Assembly: GCA_051362555.1 (NCBI GenBank)
Contig: CM120643.1
Span: 248,001 to 312,000 of the forward strand
Direction: 5' to 3'
From: Lingula anatina
Taxonomy: Eukaryota > Animalia > Brachiopoda
DNA length: 64,000 nt
The notes under the pieces were generated by a model. That model was not told the origin of the DNA. It was given only the letters and a program-made list of their open reading frames with translations, and did not search any database. Numbering within the stretch: the first letter of the stretch is position 1; each line of letters opens with the position of its first letter. Made by a program: the position numbers and the translations under genes. Of the stretch, positions 1 through 13,545 are shown piece after piece.

Positions 1-3000
1 AGCTGATCGGGTCAACATCCAGAAAGTGTCTTCCAACTGGATCCTGGAGTGGAAAACAACCCATTTGTAAAGGTTAGACCTGTTTATTAACTAAATAATT
101 CATTTCATTTTTTTCAGAAAATAATCTGTTTACTGCTTAGTTAAATCCTTTTCTAATTTGCTGTTCAACTGGCATTATTTCAAAGTCTTATATACACCAG
201 TATATGAACCGTGATCATCCCTGTTAAAGTCATCTACAAAATTCAGTACAAATGCTACATTTTCGCAAAATACATATATGTAGGCCTACTGTAAGACACT
301 GAATAGTGTTCTACGGGTAGTCTTCATCTGTGTCCAGTGGTGACTTAGTTTTTCCCCTAAAAACAAGTACAAACTGTACCTTGTTACTATTGCAGAGATC
401 AACTGTGATCAACTCGAGGCGCCAGCCAATGGAAATATCGCGAGAACCAACGAGAGAAACGGCGTGGGCACCAAACTTGTATTCTCGTGCGCCAGCGGCT
501 ATGAGCTTGTTGGGAACAACACTATTGAGTGTCTGGCGGACGGCGGCTGGACAGGACAAGTTCCAGAATGTGAAGGTAGTTTTATAGTATTGCCTTGATA
601 AAAATGGTTAATTGACAGACCATGCCACAAGACAAATAAAAAAGACAAAATGTACTTGCCACCGTAGTCAATGTTAATAAACTTAGGCCATAGACACAAA
701 TGTTGCACATGCTTAGACATAACGGTATCATTACAGCAACCGGTAGAAATGTTCCCAATCGTAAGGCCGTGTGCGCTAAGGGGTGTTGAAAACGTTTTCA
801 AATATATTTTGTTGACGCTTACAATTTATCCATATTGTTTTGGTCATTTTTCTAAAATGTATAGATCATCCATATGGCATGAGCTTATGAGATTGCGTTT
901 GGTAGCTACGGTTACCCACATGTATTATGATCCTCCAGAACGTAAGCATTATGTTAACTTGAAAAATGCACATGATACATGTAATTACACTGTATTTTTT
1001 AGCTATAACCTGCAGTAACCCAGGTAATCCCGAGTTTGGTATCCGTATTGATGACGGGTTTCTCTACAGACAGAACATCAGTTTTAAGTGTCTTGATGGT
1101 TACGTTCTCCGTGGCCAGCAGGGGGCGGTATGTAGGGCTAACAGACAGTGGTCAGCACCTGTACCCCGCTGTTTAGGTAAGTGTTAGTTCTAAGTAGCGT
1201 GTCAGGCTATCCCTAACCATTATAACTATATTGAGGGCGGACTTTCTGTAAGACGGACCCTAATTTTCTTTACACCGGAGTGCAGGAGTGAAGTCATGGT
1301 CATATACTGCTGATATTTCTGTCGATCGTGAAAATAGTTAACGAATTATAACATTCACATAAATTCTGGATTCCCTTCATTGCGTTATCGCATTCACGTA
1401 GACAGTCTTATTCAAATAAACCCTCGTTATAGCTTGTCCCAAGGACACGTACAAGACGGTAGACCAAGGACAAGAGCTGTGTATTCCATGTCCACCAAAC
1501 TCTCACACCGTCACCAACGCCACGGGCAGCAGACAGCTGTGCATGTGTAACGAGGGGTTCATTGGGCCAAACGGAGGACCTTGTCAGGGTAAAATAATTG
1601 TGTTTGTTTATTCATTTACCAATTCATACACCTTGTGGGGAGTCAATTTTTAGCCAGTTAAAAAACTTGGACCTGTGGGAAGACTGTTCCTGTAATGTAG
1701 ATATAACTGTAGTACAAAATACAACTGTAGCTCCATACTACATTGTTAGCTGTGTTAAGTATTGTTTCGTGCGAGTTTAATTAGATTGCTCTCATTCTAA
1801 TTAATTTCCTATCTTAATAAATTACGTCATATCTTTTTGTTTCAGAAATCAGATGTAAGGCACATTCAGCACCTGTTAATGGCAGCGTGGTCTCATGTGG
1901 AACGAGAGTCGGCGAGACTTGCGTATTTGCGTGCGACGAAGGCCACGTGTTGGTAAACGGAAGTAGTGTACGCAGGTGCACAGAAACCGGAAGTGAGCAG
2001 GGCAGTTGGGATGGCACTGAGCCCCTGTGTTTGGGTGAGTATTTTGATTGACCTTGATTCATATTCCCAAAGACAAACCATGGGCAAAAATGACCGCATA
2101 AATCGTGAGGTATGCCATTTAATTAACGCTGACTAACCAAGCCATAATCCATGTCAGAAATATACACCGTTTAATAAATATGGACTTTAAAAACATTCCA
2201 AGTATAAAACACATTTAATTTCCTATAGGTCTACATGTATTCAGAAAACGTGCCTGCAGCATCACCTAGCCTATAGTTGTTACTTAACAGTAAACTTCGT
2301 TGTGGTATTATAACTGTTTTCAGCTTGCCCAATAAACACCTACAAGGCCAGTATCGCCAGCTGTCTTCCCTGTCCTACCCTCACCCATACCAATAGCACG
2401 GGCAACACGTTACAGGGTTGCATGTGTGACGCAGGATACAAGGGCCCGCCTGGTGGACCCTGCACAGGTGACGTCATAGAGGGAACAGTATTATTCTCTA
2501 AAATATCAATCTCATTTTGGAGTGGTTGTATCACATCTCTGATTACAGTCTTTATTACAACGTGAATAAAAAATTTACTTAAATCAGGTAGTCAAGGCAG
2601 TCTGAAAATGCTATTTGTTCGTAGTCCACATCAATACGAACCAAATGATGCATGGATGTGTGTTAAGGTAATCAAAGCCAATGTTGGGGTTTTTATATTG
2701 ATTATAGATGAAAACGAGTGCAACTCCAACGAAGGCAAAGGTCCTTGTCAGCAAGTCTGTGAAAATGCCCCCGGAAGTTACAGGTGCGCATGCTCCATTC
2801 AAGGCTACGCCCTCGACGTGGACAAACACACGTGCAAAGGTACCTGTATTGTGCTGGTTAATTTTTATTATCACTTACTTCCTCTCATGCTAATGGGATA
2901 TCTGTTTGATTCAAAACTGCTATTTGAAGAAAACGGCAACTTTTTATACCTTCCATATTTGAGATCTAGACTGCATTGCAGTTAATGGGACGGTACTTAC

Positions 3001-6000
3001 AAAATGCATCTTGAAGAAAAATGGCAAAGGAAGAAAAAAGGAATTGTATCTGAAATATTCGGATATTTCTAGATATATGTTTATACTGTGGCAAATTGGA
3101 AAAGAGAACTACTTTTGTTGTTCGTTAATAATTTTAATCATTTTATTTCAAGGATATTTCAGTGATATCTATTTATGCATTTATTTATTTATTTAATCAA
3201 CTGGTTGGTCTTATTGCCCCTTTTTCTACAGTGGAGAAGCAGTGTAAGAACCTCACCCAGAGCGAGGCTCCTAAACATGGCGGTCTGGTTTGCCACTGGT
3301 ATCATGAAGAGAACTCCCAGCAGTGCACACTGAAGTGTAACCCGGGCTATGACTTCCCCTCTCGTATCAACGCCTTTGAAACCTGCGGCCCCACCACGGG
3401 CTTCCAGTGGTCATTTAGACGAGTAGACCCCACGGCCCGACTCAGACCTTGCATAGGTAACATAACGGGCACCTGCAGTCAAACATTCTCTTCCGTTTTG
3501 TGGCTTCTTAGAAAAATGTGTTCTTTGGGTTTAAATAAACTCTAGGAACTCAGCTGAATGCGTCAGTTGAACAATTTCCAAGTTTTGAGCGATGATAAAA
3601 AATCACATTTACAAAAAGAACTTATATGAAATATCATCACATACATGTACTGTATAAGTTGCACGAAGTCTATTAAGGTGACAATTATATTATGTTAATA
3701 GCAATTTGAATCACAGTTTAAGATATGTATAGCGTTTTAAACAGCGGCATTGTTACTCTTCAGAGGAGTTCTTTCCCGGTTTCCGACTCGAAGCTGACAC
3801 CGCCTACTTCACAAAGCAGTGCAAATTGTTAACCGAGGACGACAAAGAAATAGTGCGCCGCCAGTTCGCGGATGCATTGTCGAAGGAGGGTGTTTGCCGG
3901 GCTAGGCGTATGAAAGTCTGTGACATGAGAAACATCGGTATTATCTGTGGTGGGGTGAAGCGAAGACGCAAGAGAGGGACCGGGGAGACGGAAGAACTGG
4001 ACCAAGTGGACATTGCCTTCATCTTGGAGGCAGAAAAGTTCAACAGTACTACTGACTGCGACAAAATCTGCCGTAGACTTCGCATCCCAACTTACATCTG
4101 TGATACTCGCTGTAGTTCTGTTTATCACCGCTTCTTGAGAGCGGCGCTGATATACGCCAAGAGGACCCTGTACCGGCTCTACTCAGAACAGAGAAATAAA
4201 GTCGCCTTTGTGGCCGCCAACAGGACATTTGAGGCCAAAGAGAGAGGAGCCAAGGTGTCCAACGTCATAGCCCAGTGTGAGGAGGGGATGAAGGCGGACG
4301 ACCAGTCCAACTGTGGTGGGTGATTTGACATCATGTCATACATGCACGTATTCTTGCACCTCGTTTGTATGTTTGGCTAGCATTGACATTATATTTAAGA
4401 CTGCATTCAAGCCATTCTATTTAACTTTTAAAATAATGATCCGTCAAACGTCATTGTAAACTCCACAGAATTTAAAGGCTTTTGATAAGTTACCGTTATG
4501 TTACTATATATTTACATGGCCGGTACTTCATTTTTTATTATTATTTAAGGCACACATTTCTAACGAGCAAAGTAGTTTACTTTTAGTAGCCGTAGTGCTT
4601 TTTGTAATCAGAACACAACATGCAGTAATGCACACAACACACCGAGCCCCTGGTGTATATGTTTTTAAACTTTTCCAGTCCCTTGCCCGGAAGGAACCTT
4701 TTTCAATAAAACAGAAAACGCATGCACGGACTGCCCGGCAGGAAGTTACCAGCCTTTCACCAAGCAGACGATCTGTCTTCCTTGTCCTGTAGGAATGACG
4801 TCACAGCCCGGGGCTGCGATATGTTCAGGTAACGAACCTATTTGAATTGTCAGACATTACAGGTTAAGTCCTCAGTTTGTTTTAAAGTGCAAATTAAAGA
4901 AATTGGTAAGTTTTAAATGTGTCTTAGAGTATCTTTGCAGTGAAAGTTATTCAAAACTCTTAGGAGACATACAACGTACTAGTAGGCCTACTATAGCAAC
5001 AGTTAAATTTTGAATGAAACTTAACTCTCCGAAAACATTTAAATTCCCTGTGAATCGACAGGATATATAATTTACTCTTTATCATCCAAATGACCATTCA
5101 TTTCATTGCCCTTTTTCTGCACAGAATGCCCGGACAAAAGATACGGAGAAAACTGTGCGGAGATATGTAACTGTGATCGAGGGAAGTGTGACGTCATTTC
5201 CGGTCAATGTTATTGTGATAGCGGCTATGAAGGATTAGCTTGCGACACAGGTAAGTTTGATGATACAAGGTACATATTTCTTATTCCCTGTTGTGTAAGG
5301 AAGTCACAGCACCCCACACCTGTGCCACACCTGTGCCCTCCTGTGAGAAACACATTATAACTCCATGAAGGTGTTTGGGAAAAGTGCACCACAACTGGCG
5401 CCAGTGAAGACACATAGAGGCTATCTAATGGGAAGTGATGATATACTCATTCTCTAAATAAAATATCACATGTTTCTGCATAAACATATCGTTCAATATA
5501 AATAATGCTTTGGGTTATACTAGTATTATAGATTTAGCTGGTCCAAGCTACATGTAAAGGTTTACTGGTAAGACAGCTATATTTCACAGTTTGCTGTAAC
5601 ATAAGATTCCAGGAAATAGATCTGCCTGCATTCTTGCATAACCATGATACTAGTCTTGCCTTATTCATGTCCCCGCTGTATTCTAAATGGGCATTGTGTA
5701 AATGAACTTATGACATTAGAGTCTGCATAAATATGAAACACGAAATGAGAGCAGCCTCGTGTGTCAGTAAAGGCGCACTGGGAGGATGATATCCAGACCG
5801 AATTAAAGAATGACATTTGGCTTTATCCCAGGCCTCCCCCGTGCGTACCTATCCTTTAGTAGTTAACATGGGAGCTCCGTGCTCTGTATCAGCCCCCCCT
5901 GGGTGATGACGTCATGAATGTTGGGCAAAAATTCTCTCTGGACAGAAAAAATATGAATATCTGTCGAGAAAAATCTCAGTGACCCTGGTAGAGGGTGGGG

Positions 6001-6366
6001 TCACAGTATTCATTTGAATAAGTACATAACTGGTACATGTATATCAACTTTTAGCAAGACGGGTTAAGCGGGGGAGGGGGGGGCGAGAACAAAACACTCC
6101 AGACCACTACGCCATCTCGTGGTCAGTTTTGCACCTTATGGCGCCATTCCCTAGATAATGGATTTAACTTAGATAGTTTTGATGATTATTTCTTTCGTCT
6201 GTTTTTTGTTTCAGATATTCCTGGTTGCAGAGAGGCCCCATGTTACCCTGGAGTCACGTGTCAAGACATCCCAGCCCCGGGAACAGGATACACATGTGGC
6301 TCATGTCCGAATGGGCTTACGGGTGATGGGAAGGAATGCTACCCCATTTCTAAAGATGAATTATAG
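1..6366 (+). CDS. 3' part of a multi-exon SVEP1-like protein (sushi/CCP, Ephrin_rec_like cysteine repeats, cbEGF, SEA-like, EGF) ending in KDEL; exons <1-72, 396-575, 1003-1176, 1433-1588, 1846-2034, 2324-2467, 2708-2839, 3232-3456, 3764-4315, 4679-4828, 5125-5250, 6215-6366
   Basis: GT-AG exons, all phase 1. They translate to sushi domains (FSCASGYELVG..WTGQVPEC; FKCLDGYVLRG..WSAPVPRC), CPxxTYK..C..CP cysteine repeats, a cbEGF (DENECNS..CENAPGSYRC) and EGF modules. The last exon reads DIPGCREAPCYPGVTCQD..GDGKECYPISKDEL, with TAG at 6364-6366. The gene starts upstream of the window. Confidence 0.9.
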
Positions 6367-7274
6367 AGGAATGCTCACTTAAAATATTAAAAAAATATAA
6401 TGTATTAAATTCATAAGGAATGCAAGAGAGAAGAACATTTAATGAGAAAAATAATCATTTAGTTATTGTTTTCTTTTTTATCTTAAATTTGGATGACTGA
6501 ATATAATCGAGTATACTGCCTGTGGTCATTCATTGACATCCGCTCATTATTTTACCGTTCATTTCTTGAATCAATTTCCTGTTAACTCTATATTAACATC
6601 CACTTATCTGCTTGAAGTTTTTGAAATAAAACCCTTAACCAGCACATTTTGAAAGTGATTTGTATATCTTATAGGTTAATCTTCGAGGTAATCACAGTAT
6701 GCCCAAACACGGTAGAGAGAAGTTGCCGAAATTTTAAACTTGTTATAAAACACTCGTTTTTAGAAGAAATATGCGCGCATTTTGACAGAGTGTGGAATTG
6801 CAAGTTGAAGTTGTAAAATGTTAATGATAATAAGAACAGTTGTAAAAATGTTAATGATATTAAAACACGAAGAAAGTAACAATAAAACAGAGAGGGGTTT
6901 GCGATGGAGTTTTGACTTTTTTATGAAGTATCCAAGTAACCAACAAGACTAATGATATTCTTTTATTATATTTTGGCATTAAAAACTATTTACACATATT
7001 TTTATTTATACAATTTATATCTTATATGATACTTTTATAATTTAAGAATGTCTGTATTTCCAAAAAACAATTACAGTAAAGTGAAATTATAATTAAATGT
7101 TGAGAAACATTCCACCTTATATCTTAACATTTCTTCACTCAATATCTTTGTGCCGTATCAGTCAGTGTGAGCTTATCTTGGCTGCCAGCGCCGTCTGGTG
7201 GCACATATCACAGAAGCTTTCAACTTGCTGACGCACTCTTGTCCTCGTCAACGCGACTCAGATAAGTTGTTATT

Positions 7275-7658
7275 TTAAAGTTCGTAAAGATCCATATGTC
7301 CCGATCGGCGACGATCAGATTTGATAAAAACTCTTTTCAGAAGTTCTTTCAATTCTTTAGCACTGTTGCTTCGGAAAATTGTCTTTTTGTCTCCGGATCT
7401 GCCTTTGATCTTGTCCAGTTTACTCTCGATGTCGGCGTCCAGACCGCTCCTCATCCTGAGCTGGGTGGTCACCCCCACCAGTAGCTCATCCACCTGGTGC
7501 TTCAGAACGGCTGAGGTCTCGATATGCTTGGCGCCGTACACTGTGGCCACCAGTTTACCCTCTGAAAGGATACATACGGTATATGCGTCAATTGAAGTAA
7601 TTATATGCGGAAAAATGAACGTTTTAACGACAAAAAGCACACACAAGACACACCACTG

Positions 7659-7694
<36 letters not shown>

Positions 7695-9887
7695 CTAACA
7701 GTAACGATCAATCCATATTATGGTTACTGATGCGCACTTTTTGTAACCGTTGATCTCACGAAAACCCAATGAACAAATGGATTAAAGACACCTGGATTAG
7801 TCAGTATGACTTCAGTATTACATGTCTACTCAACATACAGAGCAGTCACTGGGGTGATTACATCAATCATTTCATAACATTCTAAAACCTGTTACAGATT
7901 AACCCTAGACTTCCGGGCTCACTGCTTAGGATGTAATGACATCTATTAATCATAACGGTCGCTTAGTGAAAGCAGCGTCCTCAAATCAGGGAAATCAAAA
8001 CAGCTCAATTTAAGGTCCAAAATGGTATGAGTACATTCTAAATGTATATGAGGGCGCCCAGCTCAGCTATAAATACCTAACTTAAAAATATCCATCAAGT
8101 CAAAGACATAAACAACACGGGAATTAAACTGATTATCACCGATGCTAGCTCTAAATCAGGAGGGGACATTATGAGGCGACCCGAATAACGGAAATAAAAA
8201 CAACTTATGTATTTTACTTTATATCAAATCATCTCTTCGCGTAGTGTATAACCGCAGCTGTATAACAACCTGGTAACACCTCAGACTCACTCAACATCAC
8301 TCTAAAAAGAGTCACATGTTGATCACATAGTTTAGTTTAACTCACCGTGGGTACTGACAGTCCTGGCCCTCACCAGGTCACTCTTGTTGCCCACTATCAC
8401 CACAGGTTGGGTCAGTTTCTTTTTATGCAGCTGTAACAGGAGGTCTTCTGCTTCTGCGAACGACGAGCGGTCAGCCACGGCGTAGACGATGATGAAGGCG
8501 TCCACATCCGGGATACTGGCCTCCTGATAATTAATAAAAGAAAAAAATGAATTTAGTAACAGGATCGTGTCGCACTAAGCGTCGGTGGCGATATTAGGTT
8601 CTTCTCAAAATAAAATATAACTGATCATTGTCAACACCGGAGAGGAAGCGAGAAGAAACTATTTCAGCGGTGGGAACCAGCCGTAGTAAAAGTATTTAAT
8701 TGTCTTGGATGTAATACTCACTTGGACATTTTCCGCACAGAAGAAATACAGCTCAGTTTCGTGTTTATTCACAGACACACACACCGTCATCTCGTCCTCC
8801 TCGCCTTCGTCTGAAAGAAACCAATAAAACATACATGATTTCATGTTCTTCGTTCCTCTCTCCACAGAGAGGCATGGCAGGGCACAGTGATAACAGTCTC
8901 TTGTATTTATTTGTCAACATCAGTCTGAAAGTTTGTGCATATTGTTTTTCTAAGAGAGTGCGTAGTACAGCTGCAAAGCCTGCACAGCGACAGCTGTCTG
9001 GTTATCTGCCTGACATCTATTAATTATTATTGACAATGAAGACTGCTCGTAAGACTGCTTGTTAATTGATTCCCATTCTTCTAATCTATAAACATGTGTA
9101 CACTCTAAATGGCGTCAGTGGTTTGCTCAGGTCAGGTGATTGGGTCAGTGAAACCGAACAATCTAATAATTTAAAGCTGTTATTGTTGTTCTTAAAATCT
9201 ATTGATTGTGCCTCGAACAGATAACAAAGGAATGGATCCTCTGGAATTAACATAAAAAGTGCATCTTAGTTCTGTCGTAAATGGAAAAATTAAACTTTGA
9301 TAAAAGCTATGATAAAAACACGCAGACACAGAGGTCGGCCTACCTGTAAAGGGATCACTGTCGTATGTATCAACGAAGTCAGAAGTGACGAACTGTTTGA
9401 GCAGTGAACTTTTCCCGACCCCTCCAGTTCCGAGTATCGCCACCCTATACACCCTGCCATAGTCCATATCACTGCTGCCAACACCGGAATCTTTGCTACT
9501 TTTTCTGTCAGTTCTGTGGCGGAAAACTTCGTGCATTCCTTCCATTGAGTCTGTGAAAGAAAGACAGCTGCCGGAACTGGAGTGTCGCGTCCTGAATACA
9601 TCTTCGCTCTTTTTAAGTCCCCTTGGAGACAGAGAGAACTGGCGCACGCGGTACGTGTCATCACACGTGCACGTGCAACCACACTGCTGCAACATGTGCG
9701 CTTGGCGTTCCAACTGATTGGTTCTGTTGTCCGAGGGGAGGTCACTGGGGACGCTGCCACGGCGTTCTAGTAGCAATGCTGGAGGCGTCATTTTCAGTTT
9801 CTTTGTCTTGTTGGGTGGAATTTTGCGCTTTCTGTTCACACTAGATGGGGTGGTTTGGTGACTGTCAACGTGTTGAAGATTTAACAT
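7275..9887 (-). CDS. RGK-family (Rem/Rad/Gem-Kir-like) small GTPase; exons 9887-9344, 8810-8722, 8523-8346, 7561-7275
   Basis: Long Ser/Arg-rich N-terminal extension, G1 GTGGVGKS, DAFIIVYAVADRSSF, G4 VGNKSDLVRAR, G5 IETSA..HQVDELL, basic C-terminal tail ending DLYEL*. GT-AG phases are consistent. Confidence 0.88.
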
Positions 9888-10761
9888 GCTTTTCAATACT
9901 TTTCAAATTAACTTCTTTGACGCTTTAATTTAGTACTGTATGCCTCGATTGTTCTTGTCGACAAATTCTACCTGCATCAACTTCACTTCACTTTGCTTCT
10001 CTCCCGAGCAATTCCCTTCCTGTAACTTCTCTCTTGGTTATTAACTTCAGTCTGTATTTTCTTCCTATGCTCTCGGTGTCGCTGTTCGTAAAGAACTGAT
10101 CTCTGCCTCATCTCTACACAGGTATATATAGATATCCTTCCATTGATTACGCTAGCCACGCAAAGCCCGCTTTCTCGGAATAGGCTAAGCGGCAATTTAT
10201 TACTCGGTTCACCTCGAGTCAATCAATCCTACAGAGACATACGAGTTCATGGAAGAAGGTTTTTCCAGGGCTTCAGCTGAGACTGAGGTATCTCTCAGTG
10301 TTTATGATTGCTCTTGTTTTCCATTTAATAAATGACCCCATCATGTTTATTAGAACAATACACCATTTCACAGGGCGTTCTGGCGCTCTGATGGAGGTGA
10401 TGTTTTTTTCCTCCAATTTTACAGGTATTTTGTTTCTGTTTTCGCTTTAAGGATGAATAAAAGAAATCAATATTTCGTTTTACCTGTATGTTTTCATCAA
10501 AATAATTACTCTTGGAGGTTCAGTGTGTGAGAGTGAGAGGATGAGAAGTCAGGTTGTTCCAGTGAATCTTCTGAATAGAAAACACGTCATCTGTGCTCCA
10601 AATGACGGAGGAACGTTCTGGACATGTCATATTAACACCGTGACCCGCCACTGGACGCGCATATCAAGTGGATCATTCTAATAACTGTTTCGGTGAAATG
10701 TTTAAAATTAAATTCTCGAAATCCCGTCCATGCTGGAGTAAATGGTATGTGCTATTTTATA

Positions 10762-11008
10762 GGGGAGACCGGGACTAGTTGGAGCCTGGGGTAAGTTGGC
10801 CCCCAATCAAGTCTCTTTAATAAAGTTACATTACGATGTTAAATTATTTCATTGGACTCACTGCCGACGCTTTCTTAGCACTATTGGATACGGTCACTTT
10901 ACAAAATGATGTGATCATTTTTTTACCCCATAGTTACTTTGTCACAAATTGATGGGGGGGGGGGGGGGGGGCAACTTACCCCGGGGTCCAACTAGCCCCG
11001 GTCTCCCA
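10762..11008. mobile_element. MITE / non-autonomous DNA transposon (~250 bp)
   Basis: About 40-bp imperfect terminal inverted repeats (ggggagaccgggactagttggagcctggggtaagttg ... caacttaccccggggtccaactagccccggtctccc), flanked by TA. Confidence 0.8.
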
Positions 11009-11654
11009 TAAATAAGAATTAAAATAAGATCAGCGTCACTACCTGGAAATATATGTTTATTTTTTTGTTTATGTATTTAAGGTGCATACTGCGTGCACAC
11101 CGCTGAGATAAAAAGTCAAATAAAATTTTATTCACATGAATTTAATCTATGAGTTATGAATGTACACTGTGTCGGCAGCACTTTTAAAGACAAAAACACC
11201 ACTGTGAACAGAACAAAACAGATAACGTGTCATTTCGCTCCAGACACATCATCATCGTGATAGGATGAATATTCGCAGAATACATGGATTTCGAATATTT
11301 GATTTTCACGAGAAACCTGAACTGTAGGGGAAAATATTTACCCGTTCAATGGAAATGATACAAAGCCTAAAACAGAAACACTTACTCTTATTTATGGATT
11401 AAAGCGTGTAAAATCGATACGCTTCAAAAGACTGACACAGAGGATTCTTAGGGTTTCATCAAGACTAATTAAGAGGGAAAGCCCAATAAAAACGTCGGCT
11501 TTCCGAGTACTTAGCAGTTAATAAACCAGGGCGAGGTACAGCTTCCATACTTTTACCGCTAAAGATATCGCTGTGAGTTTAAGTCGTCAAGTAGTTGTTA
11601 TTCTTAGAACTTAGTATAAAGACCTGGGGAGAACTTGCAAACTGTCTTTAAGAC

Positions 11655-11830
11655 TGGGTTCCCACACTTAGATCGATCCATCTGGATCGATCTAACTCCC
11701 TGGGGGTTCACGCTAAATTGCTATCAGCTCAAGAGGCTCAAATGTCTGTCACGCCCGAGCGTGGTCACGCCTACCGAATCAGCTAGGGGTAGGGACAAAA
11801 CACCTGTTCCCCAAGCGGTCACAAGTCCGG
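11655..11830 (+). mobile_element. Partial copy of a dispersed MITE family (relatives at 45351-45565 and ~54060-54227)
   Basis: gatcgatctaactccctgggggttcacgctaaat is a near reverse-complement of 45497-45530, and aaatgtctgtcacgcc of 54132-54148. Confidence 0.6.
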
Positions 11831-12372
11831 TGTACAATGTAACGGATGCTTTGGTCAGCATGGAGTTCAGTTATGATTATAGAGGCATGGTTTCAGATCG
11901 GAAACAGGTCTTACTGCCAACTGCAGTTACATAAAAAACAACTCATTTTAAAGAAACCATCATAACAAATAAATAGGAAATACATCTCTTGGTAAACTGA
12001 GTTTAGCGTTTGACATGCATTTTCCCTTGAAGTAAAACCACAAGTCTCTTCCCAATTTTTAGAAAACGCTCAGAACTGCAGACAACTTCAGCAAAACTCC
12101 TGTTATTATGAAACCTGAAGTCGTGTGCCTTACCAGGGCCAGCAGCTATTAAGAAACATAAACTTTGTTCTGGGAATCGTGATGTTTTTTAATGATATAT
12201 TCCACAAAGAAATCCAGGCACAATAAATGTCAGTCCTCCTTAAATTACCAACATTGTATAACCTATCTCCATTGTTACCTGGTATTAGTGACAGCAAAGT
12301 TAGGTCACCTTGAATGCTAGCATAATGAAAATCCTGGAAACAAGCACCGCGCTGGCCATGCTGACGTCGACG

Positions 12373-12682
12373 TATGTCACGCGGAATGTCCATGCAATGT
12401 GTCATATGTCACGCGGACTGTCCTTTCATTGTGTCATATGTCACGCGGACTGTCCATGCAATGTGTCATTTTCACACGGACTGTCCATTCATTGTGTCAT
12501 ATGTCACGCGGACTGTCCATGCAATGTGTCATATTTCACGCGGACTGTCCATTCATTGTGTCATATGTCACGCGGACTGTCCATTCATTGTGTCATATGT
12601 CATGCGGACTGCCCATGCAATGTGTCTTATGTCATGCAGATATTCCGTCCGTTCTGTCATATGTTGCCAGGACATTCCGTCC
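12373..12682. repeat. 32-bp minisatellite, about 9-10 copies
   Basis: Unit tatgtcacgcggactgtccat(gcaa/tcat)tgtgtca repeated in tandem, degenerating at the right end. Confidence 0.95.
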
Positions 12683-13493
12683 ACAGTCGCATAATAATAA
12701 GCACAAAGTAACAGGGGGAAGTGCCTCTCCGGCAGAACTAGCATGTAACTGTTAGCTGGCGTATGGACAGTGACGAAATGTAACCACTGTTCTACTTGTC
12801 TTTTTCTGTATTGCCATAAGACAAAAACTGCAGAAACTTTGTGCCACTGTACCATTACTAACGCATTATTGTTGCTGATTTAAGACAAGCAAGAGTCTTA
12901 AAATAACCAGCAAAAGCTATTTTGAGCTTTCTGGCGGTAAAAGGAACACTTGATTGACTTCAAATATACACGTGCTTGTTTGAAACAAAGAAGGATAAGG
13001 CAGTCGGGTTTGTTGAAAGCCGTCGTCTCCAGGGCTTCAGGGAGGGATCTACTAGTCCTGTACATAAAATATAATCCTCATAGAGATATCAAAATACAAC
13101 CAAAATAGAACCAACATTGACAGAATTATAAGCGCTCATGTAGATGTATACTTAGCCTTCCTTTTTAAATGTGTGAACCTTAGCATGAATTGATCTGCAT
13201 AGTAAGGAAAGATACTGGTTTAAACTGAGTGGTTATGATGTGGAAAATGGAAAACACACAAATAAGCCGGTCATTTCACAGGTTTCTGTTGTTGTGACTC
13301 AAACCAATTTGCGTTGGAGGATGAAGTTCTTCTATATATACATGTATATATATATATGTATACACGTAAGAGTCGTCACGCCGTGTACATAAACGACTAA
13401 AAAAAAAAACATTTTCAAATAACCTCCTGACGATCGGGCATACCTTCTGGGTATGCCCGTGAAACTCGGAGTCGGGGTTATTACCTGTCTCTT

Positions 13494-13495
13494 GT

Positions 13496-13542
<47 letters not shown>

Positions 13543-13545
13543 TTT
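13494..13545. repeat. (TTTA)n microsatellite
   Basis: Directly visible. Confidence 0.95.

Noticed and set aside
12310-12755. ORFs with CxxCH (heme-binding-like) repeats
   Set aside because: Produced by a 32-bp repeat whose period is not a multiple of 3; the same peptides appear in all frames.
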